A DNA stretch of 64,000 bases, from IMG/VR virus record IMGVR_UViG_3300020152_000002, positions 23,607-87,606 of that record. One strand, given 5' to 3'. Source of the stretch: a virus. The notes beneath the pieces are model-generated. The model was not told where the DNA came from. It saw only the letters and a program-made list of their open reading frames with translations, and did not search any database. The position numbers and the translations under genes are program-made. This document shows positions 48,301 through 57,358 of this stretch, one piece after another. Each line of letters begins with the position of its first letter. Positions within the stretch are counted from its first letter, which is position 1.

Positions 48301-48915
48301 TCAGTCGCGCTTGATCGGCTCGCCCTTGTAGTTGGTCTGCACCTTTTCGGCGCTGGCTGCGCTGTCGGCGGCAGCTTGCTCCGCCTGCCGATCTCGGCCC
48401 GCTTCGGTCGCCGCGTCCGGGTTGAAGCCGCCGGTCTTGTTCAGGTGCCGAACTTCCAGCTTGGCGATGTTGCCAGCCATGGCCTCCGACAGAGTGAAGT
48501 CGCAGGCACGAGCGAGCCGCGCCAGATACCAGAGGATGTCGCCGACTTCCTCTTTGATGTTGGCTGTGTCGAGTTCGTCTCCGCCGAACAGCGACGACAG
48601 AAGGTTGTCGCCCAGTTCCAGCGTTTCGGAGATGACGCCGATGATGCCGTGCGCGACGGGATCGCTGAAGTTGACCCCGGCGTTGAAGCGGACGGCTTCG
48701 GGATCGCTTTCGTAGCTCGCCAGCTTGTCAGCGATGCCCTCCGGGGCCTTGGGGCCGTAGACCAACAGCTTCTTGCAGGCGTTGATGTCCGGTTCGTATC
48801 CCCGGAGTCGCGTGAGGATGCCGTAGAGCGCGGTCGGCGGCACCAGATCAAGGTGCATGACCGTTCCCTCCGGCGCAGTCAGCGCAGCGCGGGCTTCGTA
48901 TTCTCGGTTGTCCAT
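48301..48915 (-). CDS. MazG-like nucleotide pyrophosphohydrolase
   Basis: HGIIG..SE..EL.D; IKEEVGDILWYLA; NIAKL..R. Confidence 0.85.
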   Translation of the reverse strand: MDNREYEARAALTAPEGTVMHLDLVPPTALYGILTRLRGYEPDINACKKLLVYGPKAPEGIADKLASYESDPEAVRFNAGVNFSDPVAHGIIGVISETLELGDNLLSSLFGGDELDTANIKEEVGDILWYLARLARACDFTLSEAMAGNIAKLEVRHLNKTGGFNPDAATEAGRDRQAEQAAADSAASAEKVQTNYKGEPIKRD

Positions 48916-48943
48916 GGGGGTGATGTCCTGTGAGGCAGACGTG

Positions 48944-48973
48944 AAAAAGGCCCCGGATCGCTCCGGGGCCTTC
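48944..48973 (-). terminator. intrinsic terminator
   Basis: AAAAAGGCCCCGGA/TCCGGGGCCTT. Confidence 0.75.
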
Positions 48974-49024
48974 TCACGCTATGCCCTGACGGCCGGAGCC
49001 GTCAAGGGCGCAGGCGCAGGGGGA

Positions 49025-49444
49025 TCAGACCGACAGGTCGCCGCCGCCCGCCGCCGGAGCGGCCGGAAGCTGGATGACGATGGCGTTCTCGTCCGGGAAG
49101 GTCTTGAACTCGGCCTTGCCCGCGTTCTCGATGGGCAGGGCGGACGACATGATGTTGACGCTGGTCTTGCGCTTCGGCGAAGTCCAGCGGACGAGGAAGT
49201 CGCCCTCGCCGAACTTGACGAGCAGCTTGCCCGCGAACTTGTCGGTGCCCGCCGTGACGGACGCCTTGAGCTTGCCGTCGATCTTGTCGGCGGTCAGGCC
49301 CAGCGCCTCCATCACGTCCTCGCCGAACGTGATCTGGTTCTGGCCCTTCTTGAGCCGGGCGACGCGAACGCCTTCCAGCTTGCGGCCCAGCGGATTGCCG
49401 CCGCGCTTCGGAGCGAGGGTGGTGCCGGTGAAGTTGAGAGCCAT
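49025..49444 (-). CDS. basic hypothetical protein
   Basis: AAAGGAG RBS; promoter TTGACG-N17-TAAGCA (49538-49510); strong codon bias. Confidence 0.8.
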   Translation of the reverse strand: MALNFTGTTLAPKRGGNPLGRKLEGVRVARLKKGQNQITFGEDVMEALGLTADKIDGKLKASVTAGTDKFAGKLLVKFGEGDFLVRWTSPKRKTSVNIMSSALPIENAGKAEFKTFPDENAIVIQLPAAPAAGGGDLSV

Positions 49445-49560
49445 GTGGGTCTCCTTTCGTGACTGTTTCTGTTGAAACCCCGTGAGGGGTCGTCCTGATG
49501 ACGGTGTGATGCTTACGCACCTAAAGAAGCACCGTCAACTCCTTTTTTCCGTCGCCCCGA

Positions 49561-50178
49561 CTAGGACTTCGGCAGAAGGTTGTAGAACTCGACGATCTTC
49601 TCGTCCGGCACTTCCGACGCCTTCTGCGCGCCGACCTTCACCAGCGCCTCACGGGCGACGGCGAGCCGCGCCTGATCCTTCTTGGCGATGATGTCGGCGA
49701 CGATGGCTTCCGCGCCCTTGCGAGCGTCGGCGACGGACAGCGTGGTCTCGGCGGCCTCGAAGCCCTCCATCATGTCCCCGGTGCCGATGTCGTCGAGCGA
49801 CAGTTCCGAACCCCCGGCGTCGGCGGCCGGTTCTTCGGACATCGCGGCCATCAGATCGGCGTCGGACATGCCGCCCGAAGCGTCCCCGCCCGTGGCCGCA
49901 GCCGGGGTCTCGGCGGCAGCAGCGGCAGCGGCGGCAGCCTCGTCGGCGGCGATCTGTTCCTTGGTCCGGCGAGTGCGCTTGGGCGCTTCGGCGGCCGGGG
50001 CGGCAGCGGGGGCCGGGCTCGGCGAAGAACCGGCCGCGCCCGAGTTGACGGCTGCCGATCCTTCATCGTAGGTTCCGGTCGGCGTCAGACGAGCAGCGAG
50101 GGCCATCCTCTCCGCCAGTTCGACACGTTCACGAAGCTCCGTGAGGGGCATCGACAGGATGTGTTCGCTGGTATTCAT
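49561..50178 (-). CDS. hypothetical protein (KRTRRTKEQI motif, C-terminal helical domain)
   Basis: AAGGAG RBS; promoter TTGACG-N17-TACTGC (50248-50220). Confidence 0.8.
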   Translation of the reverse strand: MNTSEHILSMPLTELRERVELAERMALAARLTPTGTYDEGSAAVNSGAAGSSPSPAPAAAPAAEAPKRTRRTKEQIAADEAAAAAAAAAETPAAATGGDASGGMSDADLMAAMSEEPAADAGGSELSLDDIGTGDMMEGFEAAETTLSVADARKGAEAIVADIIAKKDQARLAVAREALVKVGAQKASEVPDEKIVEFYNLLPKS

Positions 50179-50250
50179 GGGTGGTGAAACTCCTTGTGAA
50201 GCGTTGATGATGCGATCACGCAGTAACTCAAGCACGTCTCATCGTCAACA

Positions 50251-52761
50251 ATGACCGCAGCAGGATCGAACAAGCTCCCCCGACCATCCGCGTTGAAGCA
50301 GTATGCGGATGCGGGGTGGAAGTTCGTCCCATTGCACCACTGGGCTGAAACCCGGAAGCTGCCGCCGACACCGAAGCACCCTCAAGGTCGCACCCTCGAA
50401 CTGGGCAAAGCGCCCATCGGGAAGGCGTGGACGAAACACGGAGTCGATCTCAAGGCGGCCACGGCCCACGCCAACGCAGGCAAGAACGTCGGCGGCATGA
50501 TCCCGCCCGGCTGGGCGGTGATCGACGTTGACCCTCGGAACTTCAAAGGCGAGGACAATAGCTGGGAACGCTTTCAGGCTGATGTCGGGCTTGACCTGTC
50601 TAAATACGCGGCGGTCAAAACTGGTTCCGGCGGCTGGCACGTCTTCACGCGCATCCCGGAAAACTTCAAAGGCGTCGTCAAGATCGAAGCCTACCCCGGC
50701 ATCGAGTTCAAGCAGATCGGCGTTCAGGTCGTCGCGGCCGGTTCGATCCACCCGAAGACGCAGGGCTACTACGAGTGGATGGACAGCACGGTCTCGCTCG
50801 CCGAGACGGCATACGTCCCCGACAAGGTGCTCGAACTCTACAAGGTCACGCGCCCGCTGATCTCGGGATCGCAGGGCGGCGACACATGGGGCAGCCTGAC
50901 CGTCGATCAGATCGAAGAAGGTCTCGGCCTTCTGGACCCGACGCAGTTCCAATCTCACGACGACTGGTTCGGGCTTATGTGCTCGGTCCACTGGCTGTCC
51001 GGCGGCGAAGCGCGGCAGCAGTTCGTCGAGTGGTCCGCGCAAGACCCGTCTTACGCCGACCAGATGGAACACGTCGCAATGCGCTGGGACACCCTTGGCC
51101 GGGGTGCGGCGTCCGCGCAGTTGGTCGCGCGTGGCGGACAGTTCTTCAAGGCGCTCAAGCAACACGCCGGGGTGGAGCCTCACGACGGCCGGTTCGCGCT
51201 CAAAGTGGAGCGCGCCTTCACCGATCTGTCGCCGGAGGAACTGAACGAAGACCTGAAACTGATCGGCGCGAAGAACGAGCGCGTCCGCGAGGAAGCCTAT
51301 CAGTCCGCCGAAGCTATCGTCGATGCGCTGAACGAGAAGCACTTCGTGCTGAACTATCGCGGTAAGACGGTCATCGGAACGAAGCGCCGGGTCGAAGAAA
51401 AGAACGGCGTCTACGACAAATACGAGTTCCAAGACGCAGCCAGCTTCAAGCTGTTCTACTCGAACCAGAAGATGCCGGATGGCGTCAGCTATGGCGAGTA
51501 TTGGTTGGCGGCCAAGCACCGTCGCACATACGACGGCTTCGACTTCCGGCCCGACGAGCCGCCCGGCGCGTATCGCACGATGTCGGGTGAACTGATCCTG
51601 AACCAGTGGACCGGCTTTGCCATCCAGCCCGCGCCGGGCGACTGGTCCATGTTCGACGATCTGCTGCTGAACATCATCTGCGGCGGCGATCAGATCAAAT
51701 ATCAGTTCCTCTTGAACTGGTGCGCGCACACCTACCAGAAGCTCTCGGGGCCGGTCGGCGTCGCCGTCGCGCTCAAGGGGAAGAAGGGCACCGGCAAAAC
51801 GTCCTTCTGGAAGGTCTGGTCACGGCCGTTCGGTCCTACGCACTCCATGACGACCGCCAAGATGGAGAGCGTGTTCGGTCAGCACAACGGTCGAATGCAC
51901 GCAAAGATCGCTGTCGGGTTGGAAGAAGCCTATTTCGCCGGGTCGAAAATGGCGGAAGCTCAACTCAAGGATTTGATCACAGGCGATACGTTCGGCATCA
52001 ATGAGAAGTTCCTGCCGGAATACGCGCAAACGAACCATACCAAACTCGTCGTGATGACGAACGACGACTGGGCCGTCCCGGCGACAGAAGACGAACGGCG
52101 GTATTTCGTTACGGAGACCACGACGGGCCGGAAGGATGATCACACCTTCTGGACTGCCTTCAACGAGCAGATGTATGAGAAGGGCGGCTGCGAAGCGTTC
52201 TTCTACGACATGCTCCGCAGGGACATCAGTGGCTTCAACCCCTACCGAGACGTGCCGCGCACCGAGGAACTACTAGGCCAGATCGAGATTACGCGCGGCC
52301 CGATCATCGACTGGCTGCAAGAACGCATGACGTTCGGAGAATACGGCTTCGGCTATGCGTGGTCGAGCAGTAAAGGGTGGGCGGTCCCGAAGGCTGAACT
52401 TTGGGAAGACTTCAAGGCGTGGCAGATCAACTCCCCCCGTGGCCGATACGATAGCTCGATCCGCTCGCAGAACCAGTTCACCCGAGAGCTTAAACGGGTG
52501 ATCCCCGAGGAACTGTTCAAGGCCACCACGGCGATCCCGCCGCCGGAGTATCAGGCGTCCGTGAAGACCTACGCGGCGACGATCAACGGCACGACCTACC
52601 ATCTCTCAAACGTGTTCCGCTTCCCCTCGTTCGACACCTTGAAGAATGCTGTCGCGGCGAAGTATGGGATACACTTCCAAGAGATCGACCTGTCGGACAT
52701 TGAGATCACCGACGCGGACGACATATCAACATTCAGCATCGACGAGTGGGACATTCTATAA
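50251..52761 (+). CDS. primase-polymerase / PriCT-2 / SF3 helicase
   Basis: VIDVDPRN, KTGSGGWH, HDDW...V..WS, GKKGTGKT, LEEA, TNDDWAVP..DERRYFV. Confidence 0.92.
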   Translation: MTAAGSNKLPRPSALKQYADAGWKFVPLHHWAETRKLPPTPKHPQGRTLELGKAPIGKAWTKHGVDLKAATAHANAGKNVGGMIPPGWAVIDVDPRNFKGEDNSWERFQADVGLDLSKYAAVKTGSGGWHVFTRIPENFKGVVKIEAYPGIEFKQIGVQVVAAGSIHPKTQGYYEWMDSTVSLAETAYVPDKVLELYKVTRPLISGSQGGDTWGSLTVDQIEEGLGLLDPTQFQSHDDWFGLMCSVHWLSGGEARQQFVEWSAQDPSYADQMEHVAMRWDTLGRGAASAQLVARGGQFFKALKQHAGVEPHDGRFALKVERAFTDLSPEELNEDLKLIGAKNERVREEAYQSAEAIVDALNEKHFVLNYRGKTVIGTKRRVEEKNGVYDKYEFQDAASFKLFYSNQKMPDGVSYGEYWLAAKHRRTYDGFDFRPDEPPGAYRTMSGELILNQWTGFAIQPAPGDWSMFDDLLLNIICGGDQIKYQFLLNWCAHTYQKLSGPVGVAVALKGKKGTGKTSFWKVWSRPFGPTHSMTTAKMESVFGQHNGRMHAKIAVGLEEAYFAGSKMAEAQLKDLITGDTFGINEKFLPEYAQTNHTKLVVMTNDDWAVPATEDERRYFVTETTTGRKDDHTFWTAFNEQMYEKGGCEAFFYDMLRRDISGFNPYRDVPRTEELLGQIEITRGPIIDWLQERMTFGEYGFGYAWSSSKGWAVPKAELWEDFKAWQINSPRGRYDSSIRSQNQFTRELKRVIPEELFKATTAIPPPEYQASVKTYAATINGTTYHLSNVFRFPSFDTLKNAVAAKYGIHFQEIDLSDIEITDADDISTFSIDEWDIL

Positions 52762-54923
52762 TGACCAACAGCAACTACCTTTCTGGACCGTCCACTCGGG
52801 CGCAGGTGGTGACACGCCGCACCTACAATCGCCCGCTCGACGAAGCTGGGGGCATCTTCGAGACGTGGGAACAGACGGTGGATCGCGTCATCGGGCACCA
52901 GCGGTGGCTGTGGGAGCGCGCTGTCGAGCGGGAACTGACGCTCGAAGAAGACGCCGAACTGACGGTTCTGCGGAAACTGATGGTCGAACGCAAGGTCACG
53001 ACTTCGGGTCGCACCCTCTGGCTCGGCGGGACCAACATCGCCAAGACGCGCGAAGCGTCGCAGTTCAACTGTTCTTTCCTGCGCGTCGAGACCGTCAGCG
53101 ACATCGCGGATGGGTTCTGGCTGCTGTTGCAGGGCTGCGGCGTCGGATTCGAGCCGATCACCGGCGTCCTGAACGGCTTCGCGTCGGAAGTGGAGCTTGA
53201 GATCATCCCTTCGACGCGCACCGAGAAGGGCGGACGCGAGACCAACAAGGAGACGTTCAAGAACGGCGTCTGGACCATCAGCATCGGCGACAGCGCAATG
53301 GCGTGGGCCAAGGCTGCGGCCAAGGTGCTCGCCGCCAAGCGCCGCGTCCGTAAGCTGGTCCTCGACTTCTCCGAGATCAGGCCCGCCGGGCTGCGCCTGA
53401 ACGGTTATGGCTGGATCAGCAGCGGCTACGAACCGTTCGCCAAGGCCATGACCGCCATCGTCGATCTGATGAACCGGCGCGTCGGGCAAATCCTGTCCCG
53501 GATCGACATTCTGGACGTGATGAACCTGCTGGGCACCACCCTGTCGTCGCGCCGGTCGGCCGAGATCGCGGTGATCCCGTGGGTGGACCCGGAGTCCGAG
53601 CCCTTCGCCGTCGCCAAGCGCGACTACTTCGCCTACTACGGCCGCGACCACTTCTCGAAGGACGAGCGCAAACCCGTCCCGGTTTATGGCTCCGCCGACC
53701 TGTCCGGCGAGCCGGTGCGTCACTTCCAACCCGGCGCACAGATCATGCCGTGGGGCAGCGAAGAAGACGGCGCTATCCTCGTCGGCGAGAACGAATGGGT
53801 TAGCGCGGCCGACGTGTATCAGCCGTATATCCAGCGCGCCCAGTCCAACAACTCGCTGATCTTCTACGACCGTCCGACCCGCTATGAACTGTTCTACGTC
53901 TTCGACCTGATGGCGAAGGGTGGCGGTTCTGAACCGGGCTTCATCAACGGCCGTGAAGCGCACCGCCGGGCTCCGTGGTTCAAGGGCGTCAATCCCTGCG
54001 CCGAAATCCTGCTGGGCAACAAGTCGTTCTGCAATCTCGTCGAGACCGACGCCGGGAAGTTCAACGGCGATCTGGAAGGGCTGCAACAGGCCCTCTATCT
54101 GGCGGGCCGCGCGAACTACCGTCAGACCTGTGTCGATCTGCGCGACGAAGTGCTGCAAGCCTCGTGGCACGAACTGAACACCTTCCTCCGCCTCTGTGGC
54201 GTCGGCCTGACCGGCATCGTCCGCTGGGAGGGCCACAACGACCCCGAGCAAATCCGGCTGTTGCGTCAGGCAGCGCAGGAAGGCGCTCACTCCATGGCCG
54301 ATGAACTGGGCCTGACGCGCTCGAAGGCGATCACCACGATCAAGCCGTCCGGCACCCTGTCGAAGATCATGGACACGACCGAAGGCATTCACCGCCCGCT
54401 CGGCCGCTACGTCTTCAACAACATCAACTTCTCGAAGTTCGATCCGATCATCCCGCGTTTGAAGGCGGCTGGCTACAAAGTCTTCGACAGCCCGGTTGAC
54501 GATACCGCCGTGCTGGTCTGTTTCCCTGTCTGCTATGAAGATGTCGATTTCGACGTGGTGGACGGCAAGGACGTGAACCTTGAGACTGCCGTTCAGCAGT
54601 TGGAACGCTACAAGCTGTGGATGGACAACTACGTCGATCACAACTGTTCCATCACCATCAGCTACTCCCCGGACGAAGTTCCGGCGATCATCGACTGGCT
54701 GCTGGAAAACTGGTCCCACTATGTCGGCGTGTCCTTCATCTACCGCAACGATCCGACCAAGACAGCGGCCGATCTCGGCTACCAATACCTGCCGCAGGAA
54801 GTCGTGACGCGGGAAGTCTACGAAGACTATCTCGCCATCCTGTCGCCGCTGGACTGGACCGGCACCGAGTCCTTCGACGAGATCGCCGATCCCTGTTCGA
54901 CGGGAGCCTGCCCGATCAAGTAG
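52761..54923 (+). CDS. nrdJ: class II (B12-dependent, monomeric RTPR-type) ribonucleotide reductase
   Basis: RRTYNR, SGRTLW.GG, FNC, RRSAEI, NPCAEI, FCNL, TTIKPSGTLS, C-terminal CSTGACPIK. Confidence 0.93.
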   Translation: MTNSNYLSGPSTRAQVVTRRTYNRPLDEAGGIFETWEQTVDRVIGHQRWLWERAVERELTLEEDAELTVLRKLMVERKVTTSGRTLWLGGTNIAKTREASQFNCSFLRVETVSDIADGFWLLLQGCGVGFEPITGVLNGFASEVELEIIPSTRTEKGGRETNKETFKNGVWTISIGDSAMAWAKAAAKVLAAKRRVRKLVLDFSEIRPAGLRLNGYGWISSGYEPFAKAMTAIVDLMNRRVGQILSRIDILDVMNLLGTTLSSRRSAEIAVIPWVDPESEPFAVAKRDYFAYYGRDHFSKDERKPVPVYGSADLSGEPVRHFQPGAQIMPWGSEEDGAILVGENEWVSAADVYQPYIQRAQSNNSLIFYDRPTRYELFYVFDLMAKGGGSEPGFINGREAHRRAPWFKGVNPCAEILLGNKSFCNLVETDAGKFNGDLEGLQQALYLAGRANYRQTCVDLRDEVLQASWHELNTFLRLCGVGLTGIVRWEGHNDPEQIRLLRQAAQEGAHSMADELGLTRSKAITTIKPSGTLSKIMDTTEGIHRPLGRYVFNNINFSKFDPIIPRLKAAGYKVFDSPVDDTAVLVCFPVCYEDVDFDVVDGKDVNLETAVQQLERYKLWMDNYVDHNCSITISYSPDEVPAIIDWLLENWSHYVGVSFIYRNDPTKTAADLGYQYLPQEVVTREVYEDYLAILSPLDWTGTESFDEIADPCSTGACPIK

Positions 54924-55001
54924 GTGCGAGGGGCTTGAAAATCCCCTTCACCGTCCCGCCTACTGACAGCGCCTCCGGCCTCTTGCCGGGGGCGTTGTGC
55001 C

Positions 55002-55253
55002 ATGGGGACCGCTATGATCGACACGCCGACCAAGAGCCGCCTGCGCCGGTTTTTCGACCGATGGGAGGAACAGGTGGACCGCTGGGCGATGAGCCCGTGG
55101 ACCAGCCTCCATATCTGGACCTTCGGGGTGCTCTGGATCGTCACCGAGGCCCTGCGCGGGAAGATGATCGGCTGGGATGGCGTCGCCACGCTGGCGGCGC
55201 TTGAGATCGCCCTGTCTATTCGCAGGCACCAGCGACGACACGATCCCGGTTGA
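55002..55253 (+). CDS. small membrane protein
   Basis: Two hydrophobic segments; start 55002 or 55014. Confidence 0.55.
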   Translation: MGTAMIDTPTKSRLRRFFDRWEEQVDRWAMSPWTSLHIWTFGVLWIVTEALRGKMIGWDGVATLAALEIALSIRRHQRRHDPG

Positions 55254-55280
55254 CAGCCTCCGGCCGCTCCGGCATACAGA

Positions 55281-55610
55281 TCGCTCGTCGTGGCCTTCCA
55301 GCCCGTTGCGACACGGAACTGGATCAAGACGAGCGAGGCGGTTGCCGGACACGAAGCCGGAGGCCCCGAGCACAGGATCAGGGACGAGCCAAGTAGCCCT
55401 GATCTGACACTCCACCCGTCGCCCTCTACGGAGCGCGGTTCGGGAGAGTGGAGACCGGGACGGGACGACGACGGACTGGGCGAAGGGACTGCAAAGCCTC
55501 GGACCCCGACACGAAGCTCTCCCGTCCGGTTTCGCCCTCGCAGCCGGGCTACAATAGGCAGCCAGACATACGAAGCCCCGGTCGTCCGCAGACGCCGGGG
55601 CTTCACTGTT
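55281..55610 (+). ncRNA. candidate structured non-coding RNA
   Basis: TTGACA at 55250 plus GCATACAGAT; at least 5 stems; repeated GACACGAAGC; terminator hairpin at 55572-55604. Confidence 0.6.
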
Positions 55611-55650
55611 TCTCGGGCTTGCCCGATTTCTTCACGCAGTCCTGATCAGA

Positions 55651-55794
55651 TCAGTCCCGGCGCTGCGACGACGGCTGTCCGGCGTCGGGGGCCTTCGTGG
55701 GGCGGGTCTGGTCGGCGGCCGAAGACCGGCCGCCCTTGCCGCCGGACTTGTTCTGGACCTTGCCGGGATCGGCGCGGGTGGGGTTGTCTGCCAT
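55651..55794 (-). CDS. 47-aa basic peptide
   Basis: GGAGAGGAAG RBS; MADNPTRADPGK... Confidence 0.55.
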   Translation of the reverse strand: MADNPTRADPGKVQNKSGGKGGRSSAADQTRPTKAPDAGQPSSQRRD

Positions 55795-55931
55795 GATCGT
55801 CTTCCTCTCCGGTAAGCCGCCTAGCGCGGCCGTGGAGAGGCAACGCGGGATCGCCCGGCCGGTTGCAGCAGAAAGGCCCCGCAGATCGCTCCACGGGGCC
55901 TCCCTTGGCCGTCGATGCGGCTGCCGGTGCC

Positions 55932-56228
55932 TTACGCGCCTTCGGTCTTCACCGGGCCGCCCGGCAGGAAGACATAGGCGTCCAGATTGTCCTTGAGCGG
56001 ACCCGCCGACAGGTCCGAGACCTTCGTCACGGTGTCGAAGTAGCTCTCGCGCACCGACGAATCGACATCGGTGCCGGTGGCGACGTTCGACAGGGCGGTT
56101 CCGGCGGCGGCCTTGATCTGCGCGTCGGTCTGCGCGTCGTCGCAGTTGATGAGGACGGCGCGGACGCCGTTGACCATGGGGGTGTGCGCGGCGTTGCTGC
56201 GCGAGACGAGATACAGGGCTTCGGCCAA
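55932..56228 (-). CDS. displaced virion structural protein, paralogous to the N-terminus of the decoration protein
   Basis: GGAGAG RBS plus TTG start; late-type promoter TTGAAA-N18-TATGGT; ALYLVSRSNAAHTPMVNGVRAVLINCDD resembles ALFKVVLQSGAFTTLGGNNAMIVEADN. Confidence 0.7.
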   Translation of the reverse strand: MAEALYLVSRSNAAHTPMVNGVRAVLINCDDAQTDAQIKAAAGTALSNVATGTDVDSSVRESYFDTVTKVSDLSAGPLKDNLDAYVFLPGGPVKTEGA

Positions 56229-56398
56229 GGGGTTCTCTCCGGGGCTGGCGATGAAGGTCCGAGCACCATACGGGACCGTGGAGCCCCTTTTCAAGTCGAA
56301 GCCCCGCCAAGCCGGAGCCGGGCGGGGCCTCGTCGGGTGATGGCGTCAACCGAGCCTCCTAGAAGGCCCGGCGACGCTACTCACGGCCGGTCAGGGTG

Positions 56399-57358
56399 TC
56401 AATCGCCCTGATCGTCTTCTTCGGCCTCGCGGCGGCGCTTTTCTTCGCGCTCCTTAAAGGCTTCGATCCCGAGTTCGATGGTGTCGCGCAGCTTGTCCTT
56501 CTGGACCGCGTATTCGGCTTCCTTCTCGGCCCATTTGTCCGGGTCCACCAGATCGTTGACGCGATCCCGGATCAGTTGGTCAAGCACGGACGGCCGGAGC
56601 GCGTCGAGTTCCCAGCAGGTGCGGCCGAACTTCCTGATGTAGTCCGGCGATCTGCTGTCCTTCGGCTTCGTCGGGTTCGGCGGCGGGCCATACTGCTGCA
56701 CCTGATCCATGTTCAGGGCGATGCGCCGGACTTCGACATCGACGCCCTGATGCTCAAGGAACATCGTCAGGCGGTCGTCGTGATCCCGCGACATGTCGAT
56801 GCCGCTGGGATCATGGTCGCCGAGATAGAGCAGGACGCAGTTCCGGCCACTGTAGGACGCTTCCTCGAAGCGGTTGGCCGCCGCCCATTCCTCGGACTGC
56901 GACATGTATCCGCGACAGGACATGTAGGGCACGTCGAGTTCCCAGCAGGGCCGCTCGATCACGCCCAGCAGCGCGTCCTTCTCGATCCAGACTTCGACGT
57001 AGTTGGGCTGGTTCTCCCACATGTCGATGTTGAACCACTTCTTCGCGTCCCGCAGAAAGTCGAAGTGTCCTTCCTCGCCGTTCCAGTGATCCTTGCCGCG
57101 AATGAACCGCGTCTTGTCCTCGATAGCGTCCCACGACACGAGACCGGCCAAACGAGCATTGCTGATCGTCTCGCCGAGCCGGTTGTAGGACTGTTCCGAG
57201 TTCGGGAAGTAGTTGAGCGTGATGAACTGGTAGTAGAGTTGGCGCAGCGTCAGCTTGTAACCCTGCGCCTCGTAGTTGGCGATGATCTCGTTCGCCTTCT
57301 CGATCAGCTTCAACGACTTCTCGGCGAAGCGTTGTTCCTTGTATGCGATCAGTGTCAT
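56399..57358 (-). CDS. Topo VI-A/Spo11-like (Mini-A-type) WHD plus TOPRIM protein
   Basis: LTLRQLYYQ (candidate catalytic Tyr), VEVWIEKDAL, RGY.S, YLGDHDPSG, WELDAL. Confidence 0.8.
   Translation of the reverse strand: MTLIAYKEQRFAEKSLKLIEKANEIIANYEAQGYKLTLRQLYYQFITLNYFPNSEQSYNRLGETISNARLAGLVSWDAIEDKTRFIRGKDHWNGEEGHFDFLRDAKKWFNIDMWENQPNYVEVWIEKDALLGVIERPCWELDVPYMSCRGYMSQSEEWAAANRFEEASYSGRNCVLLYLGDHDPSGIDMSRDHDDRLTMFLEHQGVDVEVRRIALNMDQVQQYGPPPNPTKPKDSRSPDYIRKFGRTCWELDALRPSVLDQLIRDRVNDLVDPDKWAEKEAEYAVQKDKLRDTIELGIEAFKEREEKRRREAEEDDQGD

Noticed and set aside
53640-53830. Intein or intron in the RNR
   Set aside because: The frame is continuous, with no N-terminal Cys/Ser plus His-Asn junctions and no homing endonuclease motifs
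55476-55515. tRNA-Cys-like anticodon loop (GGGA-CTGCAAA-GCCT)
   Set aside because: The anticodon stem is mismatched and there is no T-arm GTTCRA, acceptor stem or CCA; treated as part of the candidate ncRNA
55290-55796. 168-aa + strand ORF over the candidate ncRNA
   Set aside because: No SD, low-complexity Arg/Pro/Gly product, and it runs through two terminator hairpins and antisense to a better-supported ORF
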